A DNA stretch of 60,660 nucleotides. Origin: Thermodesulfobacteriota bacterium (GTDB taxonomy: Bacteria; Desulfobacterota_D; UBA1144). The notes beneath the pieces are model-generated. The model searched no databases, had not been told where the DNA came from, and saw only the letters and a list, made by a program, of their open reading frames with translations. This document shows positions 38,748 through 48,857 of the stretch, in pieces. Position 1 is the first letter of the stretch; each line of letters starts with the position of its first letter. Both the position numbers and the translations under genes were made by a program. Where the stretch lies: assembly GCA_036340075.1 (NCBI GenBank), contig JAYYZJ010000001.1:1-60660 (forward strand), given 5' to 3'.

Positions 38748-40061
38748 TCACCTCATATTAAATCTTTTTGGATCATTTGTTTTTTTACCAGTTAATTGAT
38801 CATAGTTCGAAGATATCAAAAAAGACTCGATGTGTTGTATAGTGTCAAGAGTTACTCCAATAACAATAAGCAATGCTGTTCCACCAAAGAAAAAAGGCAA
38901 ACTAAATGGCTTTGCATTTAGTATTGCTGGAACAGTACAAACTAAAGCTAAATAAAGTGCTCCAATTACAGTTAATTTACCCATCACTCCACTGATAAAT
39001 TCAGTAGTATTTTTACCGGGTCTTATACCTGGTACAAAAGCTCCATTCTTTTTTAAATTTTCTGACATTTCTTTCGGATTAATAACAATGCCAGTATAAA
39101 AGAAAGTAAAGAAAATTACTAAAATTGCAAAAACTGTATTATAAATAAAACCATTACTTAAAAAAGATTGAGCAAACTGATTTACTGCTGGAACATCAAT
39201 ATAATTTAACAATGTAAGAGGAAGCAATAAAATTGATGATGCAAAAATTGGTGGAATAACACCAGCAGCATTTATCTTTAAAGGCAAATGTGATGATTGA
39301 CCAGCAAATTGTTTTCTACCTTTTGTTCGTTGTGGATATTGAATTGGAATTTTTCTGAAAGATCTCTCTACAAAAACTATTGAATACAATATCGCAAGCA
39401 TAATTATAAGAAATAAAATAATTGTTATAATATTGAGTTCTCCAATTTGAACAAAATTAAACAATTTTCCTATTGCAGAAGGTATTCCTGCTATTATTGA
39501 TGTAGCAATTATCAATGAAAGACCATTTCCAATTCCATTACTAGTTACTTGCTCTCCTAGCCACATAACAAAAAAGGTTCCAGCAGTTAAAGTTAAAATT
39601 GTAATTATAAAAAATTGTGGGCCTGGATTGTAAACTATATCTGCGCCTGTTCCGAGTCCAGTTTGAAGTGCTGAAACAAGCAATGATCCCTGAAAGAAGC
39701 AAATCACTAAAGTTAAATACCGAGAATATTGAGCAACTTTCTTTTTACCTTCTTGTTCTTTATTCATCTCCTCTAATGAAGGAACTGTTTTTACGACCAG
39801 AGACATAACGATAGATGAAGTAATATAAGGCATAACGCCTAGCGCAAAAATTGAAGCTCTTTCAAAAGCACCTCCAGAAAAGAGATTTATTATATCAAAA
39901 AAAGATTTTCCTTGATTTGTAAAAACTTTTAAGATTTCTTGTGAATCAACACCAGGGATAGGTACAAAAACACCCAATCTATAAATTATCAAAATCAATA
40001 GAGTATAAAGTATTCTTTTATTTAACTCTGGTAACTTTGGTAGCGAATCAATGGAACTCAT
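38748..40061 (-). CDS. secY: Preprotein translocase SecY
   Basis: SIFALG.MPYIT.SI, WLGEQ....GIGNG and PGIRPG. Confidence 0.97.
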   Translation of the reverse strand: MSSIDSLPKLPELNKRILYTLLILIIYRLGVFVPIPGVDSQEILKVFTNQGKSFFDIINLFSGGAFERASIFALGVMPYITSSIVMSLVVKTVPSLEEMNKEQEGKKKVAQYSRYLTLVICFFQGSLLVSALQTGLGTGADIVYNPGPQFFIITILTLTAGTFFVMWLGEQVTSNGIGNGLSLIIATSIIAGIPSAIGKLFNFVQIGELNIITIILFLIIMLAILYSIVFVERSFRKIPIQYPQRTKGRKQFAGQSSHLPLKINAAGVIPPIFASSILLLPLTLLNYIDVPAVNQFAQSFLSNGFIYNTVFAILVIFFTFFYTGIVINPKEMSENLKKNGAFVPGIRPGKNTTEFISGVMGKLTVIGALYLALVCTVPAILNAKPFSLPFFFGGTALLIVIGVTLDTIQHIESFLISSNYDQLTGKKTNDPKRFNMR

Positions 40062-40483
40062 ATTTTAGTTATGCTTCCGCCTGCTGATTTAATTTTTTCT
40101 TCTGCTGATTTAGAGAAATGATTGGCAAAAACATCAAACTTTTTATCTAAATTTCCATTTCCAAGAATTTTTATTGGATTTCTGCCTGTTATCAACTTTT
40201 TTTCTAATAAAGTGTCAAAATTTATTTTTTTTGAATTATCCAATTTGTTTATTGTAGCTAAATTGATTATGTCATAAGTAATTTTATTGTAATTTTTAAA
40301 ACCTCTTTTTGGTGTTCTTAATACAAAATGAGACTGTCCACCTTCAAAAAGAATTGGAACCTTTCCACCTGATCTAGATTTTTGACCCTTATGTCCCCTA
40401 CCTGCAGTTTTACCTTTTGATCCAGGTCCTCTAGCTATTCTATTTCTAGTTTTATTTTTTGTGGATTCCAAATTATTAAGCAT
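40058..40483 (-). CDS. rplO: 50S ribosomal protein L15
   Basis: [17 protein letters not shown] and FEGGQ. ATG 40483 has a GGAG SD. Confidence 0.95.
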   Translation of the reverse strand: MLNNLESTKNKTRNRIARGPGSKGKTAGRGHKGQKSRSGGKVPILFEGGQSHFVLRTPKRGFKNYNKITYDIINLATINKLDNSKKINFDTLLEKKLITGRNPIKILGNGNLDKKFDVFANHFSKSAEEKIKSAGGSITKI

Positions 40484-41015
40484 TCGCTTCTCCATCAGCC
40501 TTATTTTTATAAAATTGTTTTGGTAAATCTAATTCAGATTCTTCTTTGCCTAGTTGAGCTGCTTTTTCATGTGGCTCTGTCAATCCTTTAAGTCCTTCTA
40601 TAGTAGCAAGTACTACATTTATTGGGTTTCTTGATCCTAACGATTTGGTTAAAGCATCTTTTATTCCAGCTAACTCTAAAACTGATCTTACTGCTGCACC
40701 AGCAATAACACCTGTCCCAGAACCTGCTGGCCTAATCATTACTTGGCTGGACAAATGTTTGGAATAAACCTCATGGTTAATAGTAGTACCATTTCTTGGT
40801 ACTTCTATGATGTTTTTCTTAGCTTTTTCTATGGCCTTTCTAATTGCGTCTGGTACTTCGTTTGACTTACCTAATCCGGCACCAACTTTACCATTCATAT
40901 TTCCAATAACAACCAAAGCAGTAAAATGAAAATTCTTTCCACCCTTAGTAACTTTAGCTACTCTCCTAATATGTACAATCTTCTCTTCGTATTCTTTATC
41001 TGTGTTATTTGCCAA
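40476..41015 (-). CDS. rpsE: 30S ribosomal protein S5
   Basis: RV.KV.KGG, GTGVIAG and KSLGS.NP.N. Confidence 0.97.
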   Translation of the reverse strand: MANNTDKEYEEKIVHIRRVAKVTKGGKNFHFTALVVIGNMNGKVGAGLGKSNEVPDAIRKAIEKAKKNIIEVPRNGTTINHEVYSKHLSSQVMIRPAGSGTGVIAGAAVRSVLELAGIKDALTKSLGSRNPINVVLATIEGLKGLTEPHEKAAQLGKEESELDLPKQFYKNKADGEANA

Positions 41016-41030
41016 AATTATACTCCTATA

Positions 41031-41387
41031 CTAAAAACTTAATCCTTTTTCTCTCAATTGGTCTGCTAATTTTTTAATTCTTCCATGATATTTGTAACCA
41101 CTTTTATCAAAAACAATCTCTTTTATTCCCAAAGAAGAAGCTTTAGATGCAAGATTATCTGCTATTTCTTTTGTTATTAAATCATTATCTTTACTATTTG
41201 AATCTTTCAACTGCAATGATGACTCAGAAATAAGTGTCTTACCAGTTTCATCATCAACGATATTAACATAAAAATTCTTTAAAGATTTAAATATATACAA
41301 CCTTGGAACTTTGCTAGTTCCGTATATATTTTTTCTATTTCGTTTATGTCTCTTTAATCTTAATTTGTTTTTATTATTTACGCTCAT
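41031..41387 (-). CDS. rplR: 50S ribosomal protein L18
   Basis: GT...PRL and VFD..GY.YHGR. Confidence 0.93.
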   Translation of the reverse strand: MSVNNKNKLRLKRHKRNRKNIYGTSKVPRLYIFKSLKNFYVNIVDDETGKTLISESSLQLKDSNSKDNDLITKEIADNLASKASSLGIKEIVFDKSGYKYHGRIKKLADQLREKGLSF

Positions 41388-41941
41388 TACTCTGCACCTT
41401 TCCCAGCTGCTTTTCCTGCTTTTAGTTTTATAACTTCATCAGAATATCTAATACCTTTACCTTTATACCTTTCTGGTTTTCTTAATTTTCTTATTTGCGC
41501 ACTTATTTCACCAACCAATTCTTTATCTACTCCTGAAATCTTCAGCTTAGTTCCTTTATCTTGAACTTCAGCCGTTATTGATTCAGGTAAATTAAAACTA
41601 ACTGGATTAGAGTATCCTAAATTAAGAACTAGTTCTGATTTTGATTTAATCTCACATTTGTAACCTGTCCCTATAATATCTAAATTTTTTTCATAACCAC
41701 TCTTAACTCCGTTAACCATGTTGTTTATCAAAGCTCTTGTTAGTCCATGAAAAGATTTTGTCTTATTATCTTCAGATTCTCGTTTTACTGAAATAATATT
41801 TTCAGAAATTTCAACAGTTATTCCTTCGGGAATAGGTTTCTCGAGTTCACCTTTAGGTCCAGTAACTTTAATTATACTATTAGCAATTGTTACTTTTACG
41901 TCTTCCTGAAGTTCTATCTGTTTATTGCCTATTCTCGACAT
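41387..41941 (-). CDS. rplF: 50S ribosomal protein L6
   Basis: MSRIG, GPKGEL and R.PE.YKGKGIRY. Confidence 0.97.
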   Translation of the reverse strand: MSRIGNKQIELQEDVKVTIANSIIKVTGPKGELEKPIPEGITVEISENIISVKRESEDNKTKSFHGLTRALINNMVNGVKSGYEKNLDIIGTGYKCEIKSKSELVLNLGYSNPVSFNLPESITAEVQDKGTKLKISGVDKELVGEISAQIRKLRKPERYKGKGIRYSDEVIKLKAGKAAGKGAE

Positions 41942-41957
41942 TCTCAACCTTTAGCTC

Positions 41958-42353
41958 TTAAACTATATTGCAAAGAACCTCTCCTCCTACACCTTTCTCT
42001 CTTGCTTTATTACCTGTCATAACACCTTGTGAAGTTGATATTATTGATGTACCTAATCCACCTTTTACACGTGGTATTTCATTTTTGTTCACATAAACTC
42101 TTAACCCTGGTTTACTTATTCTTTTTAATTCTTTAATTACAGATATTTTTCTATCATTATATTTTAATTTTATCTTTATAAATTTAAATTTATCTTCATC
42201 AACCAAGTCAAAAGACAAAATAAATCCTTCTTCCTGTAATATCTTTGCAATTTCTAATTTGAATTTAGAATTTGGAATTTTTACAAATTCATGTTTCTTA
42301 GAAATAGCATTTCTAATTCTTGTTAGCATATCTGATATTGGATCTGTTATCAT
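41958..42353 (-). CDS. rpsH: 30S ribosomal protein S8
   Basis: [21 protein letters not shown] and GGEV. Confidence 0.97.
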   Translation of the reverse strand: MITDPISDMLTRIRNAISKKHEFVKIPNSKFKLEIAKILQEEGFILSFDLVDEDKFKFIKIKLKYNDRKISVIKELKRISKPGLRVYVNKNEIPRVKGGLGTSIISTSQGVMTGNKAREKGVGGEVLCNIV

Positions 42354-42365
42354 ATTTACCTCTCG

Positions 42366-42551
42366 TTAATAACTAGCTTTTTTAACCCCCGGTATTAGAC
42401 CAGCACTAGCCAATTTTCTAAAAGCATTTCTACTCATACCAAATTTTCTAATAAAACCTCTTGGTCTTCCAGTTATCGGGCAACGATTATATTCTCTAAC
42501 TTTAAACTTCTGTTTTTTCTTTGCTTTTACTATCATTGATTTTTTAGCCAT
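42366..42551 (-). CDS. rpsN: 30S ribosomal protein S14, short 61-aa form with zinc ligands mostly lost
   Basis: MAKKS..., NRC..TGR.RG..RKFG.SR..FR and G.IPGV.KAS. Confidence 0.95.
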   Translation of the reverse strand: MAKKSMIVKAKKKQKFKVREYNRCPITGRPRGFIRKFGMSRNAFRKLASAGLIPGVKKASY

Positions 42552-42563
42552 AATAACCTCTTC

Positions 42564-43109
42564 TCACTTTTTAAACGGAAAACTAAGTGCCTCCAGTAAT
42601 TTTAAACCCTGCTCATCATTCTCAGCAGTAGTTACTATTGTTATATTTAATCCTTTATTCTTAGTAGATTTTGTTGGATCGATTTCAGGAAAAATTAAAT
42701 GGTCTTCGATTCCTAAATTGTAATTACCCTTTCCGTCAAAAGATTTTTTGGAAATACCTCTAAAATCTCTTACTCTAGGGAGAGCTAAATTTAAAAGTTT
42801 AGAAAGAAATTCGTACATCATTTCACCTCTTAAAGTTACTCTTGCACCAATTGATGATCCCTCTCTAAGCTTAAATCCTGCTTCTGATTTTTTTGCTTTT
42901 GTTATAACAGCTTTTTGACCTGCTAATTGACTTAATTCATTAGAAGCTTCTTCTATTATTTTAGCATCTTTACCAGAATCAGATATTTTACCCAATCCCA
43001 TATTAATACTTACTTTAGTTATCCTTGGGACTTCCATTTTATTTTTTAAATTAAGTTCACTTATAAGCACTGTTATAGATTCCGTATATAATTCTTTAAC
43101 GTTAAGCAT
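42564..43109 (-). CDS. rplE: 50S ribosomal protein L5
   Basis: VP...K..INMG.G, FKLR.G and LPRVRDFRG. Start ATG 43109. Confidence 0.96.
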   Translation of the reverse strand: MLNVKELYTESITVLISELNLKNKMEVPRITKVSINMGLGKISDSGKDAKIIEEASNELSQLAGQKAVITKAKKSEAGFKLREGSSIGARVTLRGEMMYEFLSKLLNLALPRVRDFRGISKKSFDGKGNYNLGIEDHLIFPEIDPTKSTKNKGLNITIVTTAENDEQGLKLLEALSFPFKK

Positions 43110-43341
43110 CTGTAACCACCTTAATATTAGAGATATGAATTCCTTGCTCTCTATTAACAATTCCTCCACTAGGATTTTTTTTGTCTGGCTTCAAATGCCT
43201 CTTTGCAACATTAATATTCTCTATTGTTACTTTCTCATTTTTCGTATCAACAGAAAGTATCTTTCCAACTTGACCTTTATATTTACCAGTAATTATTTTT
43301 ACTTCTTGGCCTTTTTTTGCATTTAAACTTTTACTTTTCAT
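43102..43341 (-). CDS. rplX: 50S ribosomal protein L24, short
   Basis: KKG..V..I.GK.KG..G and GGI...E..IH.SN; 79 aa. Confidence 0.92.
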   Translation of the reverse strand: MKSKSLNAKKGQEVKIITGKYKGQVGKILSVDTKNEKVTIENINVAKRHLKPDKKNPSGGIVNREQGIHISNIKVVTDA

Positions 43342-43343
43342 AC

Positions 43344-43712
43344 TTATATAACCTCAGGAGCAAGAGAAATTATTTTCATAAAACCTTTTCCTCTTAACTC
43401 TCTTGCAACAGGACCAAATATTCTTGTTCCAATTGGTTGATTCTCTTTGTTTATTAGAACTGCGGCATTATCATCAAATCTTATATAGGAACCGTCAGCT
43501 CTTTTAATTTCCTTCTTTGTTCTAACTATTACAGCCTGAAAGATTTTACCTTTTTCAACTTTAGAATTTGGTATAGCATCTCTAATAGAAACAGTGACTA
43601 TGTCTCCAATGCTAGCATACCTACGAAAAGAACCGCCCTTTAGCCTTATAACATTAAGTTGCTTTGCTCCTGTATTATCTGCTGTTGATAATTGAGTTTC
43701 TGGCTGAATCAT
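43344..43712 (-). CDS. rplN: 50S ribosomal protein L14
   Basis: ADNTGAK, FDDNAAV and [13 protein letters not shown]. Confidence 0.98.
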   Translation of the reverse strand: MIQPETQLSTADNTGAKQLNVIRLKGGSFRRYASIGDIVTVSIRDAIPNSKVEKGKIFQAVIVRTKKEIKRADGSYIRFDDNAAVLINKENQPIGTRIFGPVARELRGKGFMKIISLAPEVI

Positions 43713-43969
43713 GCTTCGACTCCTTTAGTAACTATCTTCGTTAAATTCCATCTTTTGTTTTTACTTATTGGTTTGGTCTCAATTGCTTCTATGAAGTCTC
43801 CAACATTAGCAAGATTTTTTTCATCATGCACTGGGAATTTCTTTTTAGAAATTATCACTTTATTGTATTTTTTATTTTTATTACGTACTTCAGTCTGAAC
43901 CATAATTGTTTTATCTGAAGAATTCTTAACTACAATTCCAGTAACTTTTCTTATTCTACCTCTACTCAT
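43709..43969 (-). CDS. rpsQ: 30S ribosomal protein S17
   Basis: DKTI.V, HDE.N...GD and P.SK.KRW. Confidence 0.95.
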   Translation of the reverse strand: MSRGRIRKVTGIVVKNSSDKTIMVQTEVRNKNKKYNKVIISKKKFPVHDEKNLANVGDFIEAIETKPISKNKRWNLTKIVTKGVEA

Positions 43970-44165
43970 CTTTATTCCCCTGCTTCCTTATATTTATTTC
44001 TGTCATACATCTTGCTATATCTTTTTTAATTTTCTTAAATATATTAGTATTAAATTCTCCTTGATTTAATTTTGTAATATTATTTTTCAACAAAGATCCT
44101 TTAAGCTCACCAATCTTATTTTCAATCTCTTCGATATCTAATTTTTTCAATTCTTCCATTTTCAT
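43962..44165 (-). CDS. rpmC: 50S ribosomal protein L29
   Basis: Position between rplP and rpsQ; KKDIAR..T. Confidence 0.88.
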   Translation of the reverse strand: MKMEELKKLDIEEIENKIGELKGSLLKNNITKLNQGEFNTNIFKKIKKDIARCMTEINIRKQGNKDE

Positions 44166-44587
44166 TACGTTAACTGTCCTTTGGTTCTTGCAACCACTCT
44201 AGTTTTAACTGGTAACTTGTTTGATGCGAGCCTTAGAGCTTCCTTAGCTAATTCTTCATCAACTCCAGCAATCTCATAAAGCATCGTCCCTTTTTTTATA
44301 GGTGCTACATATCTATCTATATCACCTTTACCTTTACCCATTCTTACTTCTGCTGGTTTTTTAGTAACTGGTTTATGAGGAAAAATTCTTATCCATAACT
44401 TTGCACCACGCTTAACTTTCCTTGTTATTGCAATTCTTGCTGATTCTATTTGTCTTCCTGTTATTCTTGCGAAGTCTAATGACTGAAGTCCAAATTCACC
44501 AAAAGAAACTTTGTTGCCTTTTGTTGCAATTCCTTTTATTTTCCCCTTTTGTTGTTTCCTGTATTTACTTTTCTTAGGTTGAAGCAT
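44165..44587 (-). CDS. rplP: 50S ribosomal protein L16
   Basis: MLQPK..K.RK, QIE.AR and RMGKGKG. Confidence 0.97.
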   Translation of the reverse strand: MLQPKKSKYRKQQKGKIKGIATKGNKVSFGEFGLQSLDFARITGRQIESARIAITRKVKRGAKLWIRIFPHKPVTKKPAEVRMGKGKGDIDRYVAPIKKGTMLYEIAGVDEELAKEALRLASNKLPVKTRVVARTKGQLT

Positions 44588-45254
44588 TATTTACCTCTTT
44601 CTTTTCATTTTTTTCTTTTTTTCTAATTATCTCACCTTTAAAAATCCATACTTTAATTCCTATTATTCCATAAGTGGTTAGTGATTCAGCAAAACCATAA
44701 TCAATATCTGCTCTAAGTGTGCTCAATGGAACACGTCCTTCTCTGTACCATTCTGATCTAGCTATTTCAGCTCCTCCTAAACGACCTGAAACCATTATTT
44801 TAATTCCTATAGCGCCTAACCTTAAAGCGGAAGACATACTTCTTTTCATTGCCCTTCTATATGCCACTCTTCTTTCAAGTTGAAGTGCGATGTTTTCGGC
44901 AACTAATTGAGCATCTATTTCGGGTCTTTTTACTTCTCTAATATCTATCACTATCTCTTTATTGTATTTAGAACCAAGATTCTTTCTTAATGAATCAATA
45001 TCAGCTCCTTTTCTTCCTATAAGCAGACCTGGCTTTGAACAATATACGACTAATCTTATTTTTTCATTTGATGGTCTTTCAATATCAAGTTTAGAAATAC
45101 CAGATTGAAAGAATTTTTTCTTTACGAAAGTTCGTATTGCTAAATCTTCATGTAGAAATTCTTTATATGAGGTTTTACTAGACGTAAACCAATTAGATGA
45201 CCAATTTCTTGTAATACCAATTCGTAGTGATATTGGATTAATTTTTTGTCCCAT
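44574..45254 (-). CDS. rpsC: 30S ribosomal protein S3
   Basis: [21 protein letters not shown] and TLRADIDY. Confidence 0.98.
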   Translation of the reverse strand: MGQKINPISLRIGITRNWSSNWFTSSKTSYKEFLHEDLAIRTFVKKKFFQSGISKLDIERPSNEKIRLVVYCSKPGLLIGRKGADIDSLRKNLGSKYNKEIVIDIREVKRPEIDAQLVAENIALQLERRVAYRRAMKRSMSSALRLGAIGIKIMVSGRLGGAEIARSEWYREGRVPLSTLRADIDYGFAESLTTYGIIGIKVWIFKGEIIRKKEKNEKKEVNNAST

Positions 45255-45592
45255 TATACAGATTTCTCCTCTAAAATAATTGTAATATGACTTGATCTTT
45301 TTAATCTTCTCGTCGCTCTACCCATGGCTCTAGCTTTAAATCTTTTTGCAGTTGGTCCCTCCGTGCTAAATGCTTGTGAAATATAAATTCTCTCAGAATC
45401 TGTAAAACCTTTCTCGAAAGCATTTGATACAGCTGATTTTAATGTTTTTGATACTTCATCCTTAGCTGGTTGTTTAAGAGTTTTTAATAACATAAATGCA
45501 TAATCAACATTTTTTCCTCGAATTGTTTCAAGGACATAATTGATTTTTCTAGGTGTTCTACGAACATATCTATTAATAGCTTTTGCAATCAT
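45254..45592 (-). CDS. rplV: 50S ribosomal protein L22
   Basis: PRK......IRG, SA..NA and RAMGRA......SHIT. Confidence 0.95.
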   Translation of the reverse strand: MIAKAINRYVRRTPRKINYVLETIRGKNVDYAFMLLKTLKQPAKDEVSKTLKSAVSNAFEKGFTDSERIYISQAFSTEGPTAKRFKARAMGRATRRLKRSSHITIILEEKSV

Positions 45593-45594
45593 GA

Positions 45595-45879
45595 TTATTT
45601 ACCAACTCTTGACTTTTTGTCTCCTCCAGCATGAGACATAAAAACTCTTGTCGGAGAAAATTCTCCGAGTTTATGTCCAAGCATATATTCTGTTACATAA
45701 ACAGGTACAAACTTTTTACCATTATGAACAGCAAAAGTAAGTCCAATCATTTCTGGTGTAATCATGGACCTTCTTGACCATGTTTTTATAATCTTTTGAC
45801 TATCTTCTTCTTTTGCTTTTAGAACTTTTTTCATTAATTTATCATCAACGAAAGGTCCTTTTTTTACTGATCTTCCCAT
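45595..45879 (-). CDS. rpsS: 30S ribosomal protein S19
   Basis: RS.KKGPF, TWSRRS and GHKLGEF.PTR. Confidence 0.98.
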   Translation of the reverse strand: MGRSVKKGPFVDDKLMKKVLKAKEEDSQKIIKTWSRRSMITPEMIGLTFAVHNGKKFVPVYVTEYMLGHKLGEFSPTRVFMSHAGGDKKSRVGK

Positions 45880-45886
45880 TTAAATA

Positions 45887-46735
45887 TTACCTCTTATCCA
45901 TTCCATAACCGATTCGTCTTCTTTTAACAATCATTTTGTCGGTCCTCGAATTTTTTCTAGTTTTCTTACCTATTGTAATCCAACCCCACTTAGAAACTGG
46001 GTTGGGATTACCCCTAGCAGCTTTTCCTTCTCCGCCACCATGTGGGTGATCAACTGGATTCATAGCCACCCCTCTAACTTTAGGTCTTCTTCCTAAATAT
46101 CTATTTCGTCCAGCTTTTCCAATAACTATTTGATTATTTTTTTCATTTCCAATTTTTCCTATTGTAGCTCTACAATTTGAGCGAATATATCTAGTTTCAC
46201 CAGAACTTAATTTCACCATAACCAATTCTGATTCCTTTCCTAGGACCTGGGCGAAACTTCCAGCTGACCTTGCTAGCTTTCCACCGTTACCTGGTGAAAG
46301 CTCAATGTTATGTATTACTGATCCTTCAGGAATGTTTGACAAAAGAAGAGTATTTCCAGTTTTTATTTCTGTTTTATCTGATGAAATAATAGTATCTCCC
46401 ACTTTTAAATCAGAAGGGCAAAGAATATATCTCTTTTCTCCATCTTTGTAATTTATCAATGCAATTCTTGCTGTTCTATTTGGATCATATTCAACAGTTT
46501 TCACAATTCCTTGAACATTAAATTTATCTCTTTTGAAATCAATTAATCTATATAAACGCTTATGGCCTCCTCCTCTACTTTTAGAAGTTATTCTTCCATT
46601 ATTATTTCTGCCTTTTTTCCTATGGCTTGAAACAAGAAGTGGTTTATATGGTGATGATGATGTTATTTCATCATAATCTGCACTTGTCATAAATCTTCTT
46701 CCAGGACTGCTTGGCTTATATTTTTTTATACCCAT
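45887..46735 (-). CDS. rplB: 50S ribosomal protein L2
   Basis: GGGHKR.YR.IDF, EYDPNR and [17 protein letters not shown]. Confidence 0.98.
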   Translation of the reverse strand: MGIKKYKPSSPGRRFMTSADYDEITSSSPYKPLLVSSHRKKGRNNNGRITSKSRGGGHKRLYRLIDFKRDKFNVQGIVKTVEYDPNRTARIALINYKDGEKRYILCPSDLKVGDTIISSDKTEIKTGNTLLLSNIPEGSVIHNIELSPGNGGKLARSAGSFAQVLGKESELVMVKLSSGETRYIRSNCRATIGKIGNEKNNQIVIGKAGRNRYLGRRPKVRGVAMNPVDHPHGGGEGKAARGNPNPVSKWGWITIGKKTRKNSRTDKMIVKRRRIGYGMDKR

Positions 46736-46736
46736 A

Positions 46737-47027
46737 CTAAACTCCTTGAATTATTTCAATAGCTCCTTCTTTGAGTGTTACAAAAGCTTTTTTTTGTTTT
46801 GACCTACTACCTACTAATCTTCCACCTTTAGATACTTTCTTTCCTGGTTTAATAGAAGTTCTTACTTGTTTAACTTTTACATTAAAGAATTTTTGTATTG
46901 CATCACGGATTTCATTCTTAGTGCTTTTAGGATTAACTTCAAACACGTAACATTTTTGTTCATTCATGGTTGCTATTTTTTCAGTTATTAAAGGTTTAAT
47001 TATTACATCTGAAACATACTTCTTCAT
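46737..47027 (-). CDS. rplW: 50S ribosomal protein L23
   Basis: P.ITEK, F.V.V..V.T and KKA.V.L. Confidence 0.95.
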   Translation of the reverse strand: MKKYVSDVIIKPLITEKIATMNEQKCYVFEVNPKSTKNEIRDAIQKFFNVKVKQVRTSIKPGKKVSKGGRLVGSRSKQKKAFVTLKEGAIEIIQGV

Positions 47028-47644
47028 TATTTTATCCTTTCAATTAAATTAGATAGAGTTGTTTTGTCAATAAGAATAGAATTAAAATTTAATAAATCAT
47101 AGACATTAACCCCTTTAGATTGAACCAATTTAATACTTCTAAGATTCCGTGTCGCAAGAACAAGATTGTCATTTTCTTCGTCTGTTATTAGAAGAATTTT
47201 ATTTGATAATTTCAATCCATCGATTTTTGCTATCAAATTTTTAGTTTTATGATTGCTTAATTTAAAATTATCAATAATTGTAAAAGCATCTTGTTTGATT
47301 TTGTAAAAAATAGAATGAAGCAATGCCATCTTCCTTACTTTTTTTGGAACTTTAATGCTCCAATCCTTAGGTGTAGGTCCAAAAATCACACCTCCACCTC
47401 TCCATATTGGAGATGTTCTTGTTCCAGCTCTAGCATTTCCAGTACCTTTTTGTTTAAAAGGTTTCTTGTTACTGCCTGCAACTAAGGCTCTGTTTTTAGT
47501 TGAAGCTGTACCTTGTCTTTTCTTTAATAATTGCCATCTTACGACTTGGCTAATCACTTTTCTATTAATTTGAATATTTTCATCTATTTCAAAAATATAT
47601 TTATCAATTTTTTTATTATTCAAATCAACAATATTTAAATCCAT
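47027..47644 (-). CDS. rplD: 50S ribosomal protein L4
   Basis: RQGT.STK.R and KP..QKGTG.ARAG...SP.WRGGG..FGP. Confidence 0.97.
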   Translation of the reverse strand: MDLNIVDLNNKKIDKYIFEIDENIQINRKVISQVVRWQLLKKRQGTASTKNRALVAGSNKKPFKQKGTGNARAGTRTSPIWRGGGVIFGPTPKDWSIKVPKKVRKMALLHSIFYKIKQDAFTIIDNFKLSNHKTKNLIAKIDGLKLSNKILLITDEENDNLVLATRNLRSIKLVQSKGVNVYDLLNFNSILIDKTTLSNLIERIK

Positions 47645-48528
47645 TATCCTTTCCTCGTATGATTAACAAACACTAAAGAACCATTAGATCCAGGGACCGA
47701 TCCTTTTAAGAATATAATGTTTTCATTTAAATCAATTTTAATTACTTTTAAACCTTGAGTAGTAGATAATTTTCCACCATATCTACCAGGCATTTTTCTT
47801 CCTTTCCATACTCTAGCTGGATAGGCCGCATTCCCTATAGATCCACCAGATCTTTGATTTTGAGGTGTCCCATGAGTATGGCTAAGTCCTGAAAAATTAT
47901 GTCTTTTAATAACTCCTGCAAAACCTTTTCCTTTTGATTTAGAAGTTACATCTGCAAAGTCACCTGGTTGGAAAATATTTGCTTTAATTTCAGTTCCAGG
48001 CTTAATTTCAACTTCAGGGTTTAATAAATCAAATTCTTTAATATGTTTTATTGGTTTAACGTTTAATTTAGAAAAATAAGATAATTTAGATTTATTAAGT
48101 GATGAAGGTTTTGCTTCTATGTAACCAACTTTTAAAGAAGTTTTAGAATTTTTAACTTTCTTCTCAAGTGCTAAACATGGTCCTAGCTTTACGACAGTTG
48201 TTGGTATGATTTCTCCATCATCCATAAGAGTTTGTGTCATTCCTAATTTGGTTCCCATTAAACCACTTAGTTTAATATCAGGTAAATCATCTTTTTCTTC
48301 TTGTTTAGGCTCTTCTGGTTCAGATACTTCTTGTACATCCGCTTCTGCTTTAGCTTCTTCTTTTGTAGATTCATCGGCTTTAGCTTCTTCTTTTACTTCA
48401 TCTTGTGATGTTTCTTTCGCTTTAGCTTCTTCTTGTGGAACTTCTTCATTAGAAGAATCCTGAACAGAAACATCTTTATTCTTTTTTTCTGAAGCTTTTT
48501 TTTCTAGTTTTTCGTTTTTGTCTGACAT
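47644..48528 (-). CDS. rplC: 50S ribosomal protein L3 with a long acidic N-terminal extension
   Basis: G..G.KLGMTQ, KGKGF.G..KRH.F and V.KG..MPG..G. ATG abuts the rpsJ stop. Confidence 0.95.
   Translation of the reverse strand: MSDKNEKLEKKASEKKNKDVSVQDSSNEEVPQEEAKAKETSQDEVKEEAKADESTKEEAKAEADVQEVSEPEEPKQEEKDDLPDIKLSGLMGTKLGMTQTLMDDGEIIPTTVVKLGPCLALEKKVKNSKTSLKVGYIEAKPSSLNKSKLSYFSKLNVKPIKHIKEFDLLNPEVEIKPGTEIKANIFQPGDFADVTSKSKGKGFAGVIKRHNFSGLSHTHGTPQNQRSGGSIGNAAYPARVWKGRKMPGRYGGKLSTTQGLKVIKIDLNENIIFLKGSVPGSNGSLVFVNHTRKG
48347..48434. repeat. Three direct copies of GCTTTAGCTTCTTCTT (EEAKA on the minus strand) inside the rplC extension
   Basis: Copies begin at 48347, 48377 and 48419. Confidence 0.85.
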
Positions 48529-48849
48529 TTATTCACCCTGTAGTTTAATTTCTACCTCTACACCAGAAGCTAAATCTAGCTTCATCAACGAATCAATTGT
48601 TTGTTGTGTAGGTTCGAAAATATCCACAAGGCGCTTATGCGTTCTTATTTCAAAGTGCTCACGTGAGTCTTTATAAACATGAGGTGCTCTAAGAACACAA
48701 GTTCTAGAAATATGAGTGGGTAATGGTATCGGACCTGCAACCTTTGCTCCCGTCCTTTTGACGGTATCAACAATATCGAAAGTTGATTTGTCTAAAAGTC
48801 TATGATCAAAAGATTTAAGCTTTATTCTGACTTTTGGTGCGGTTTCCAT
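48529..48849 (-). CDS. rpsJ: 30S ribosomal protein S10
   Basis: RI.LK.FD...LD, GPIPLPT and SRE.FE.RTHKRL. Confidence 0.98.
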   Translation of the reverse strand: METAPKVRIKLKSFDHRLLDKSTFDIVDTVKRTGAKVAGPIPLPTHISRTCVLRAPHVYKDSREHFEIRTHKRLVDIFEPTQQTIDSLMKLDLASGVEVEIKLQGE

Positions 48850-48857
48850 AAATCTCC

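Noticed and set aside
48347..48434. CRISPR-like repeat array
   Set aside because: Only three 16-nt copies with short gaps, in frame within rplC, and no cas genes.
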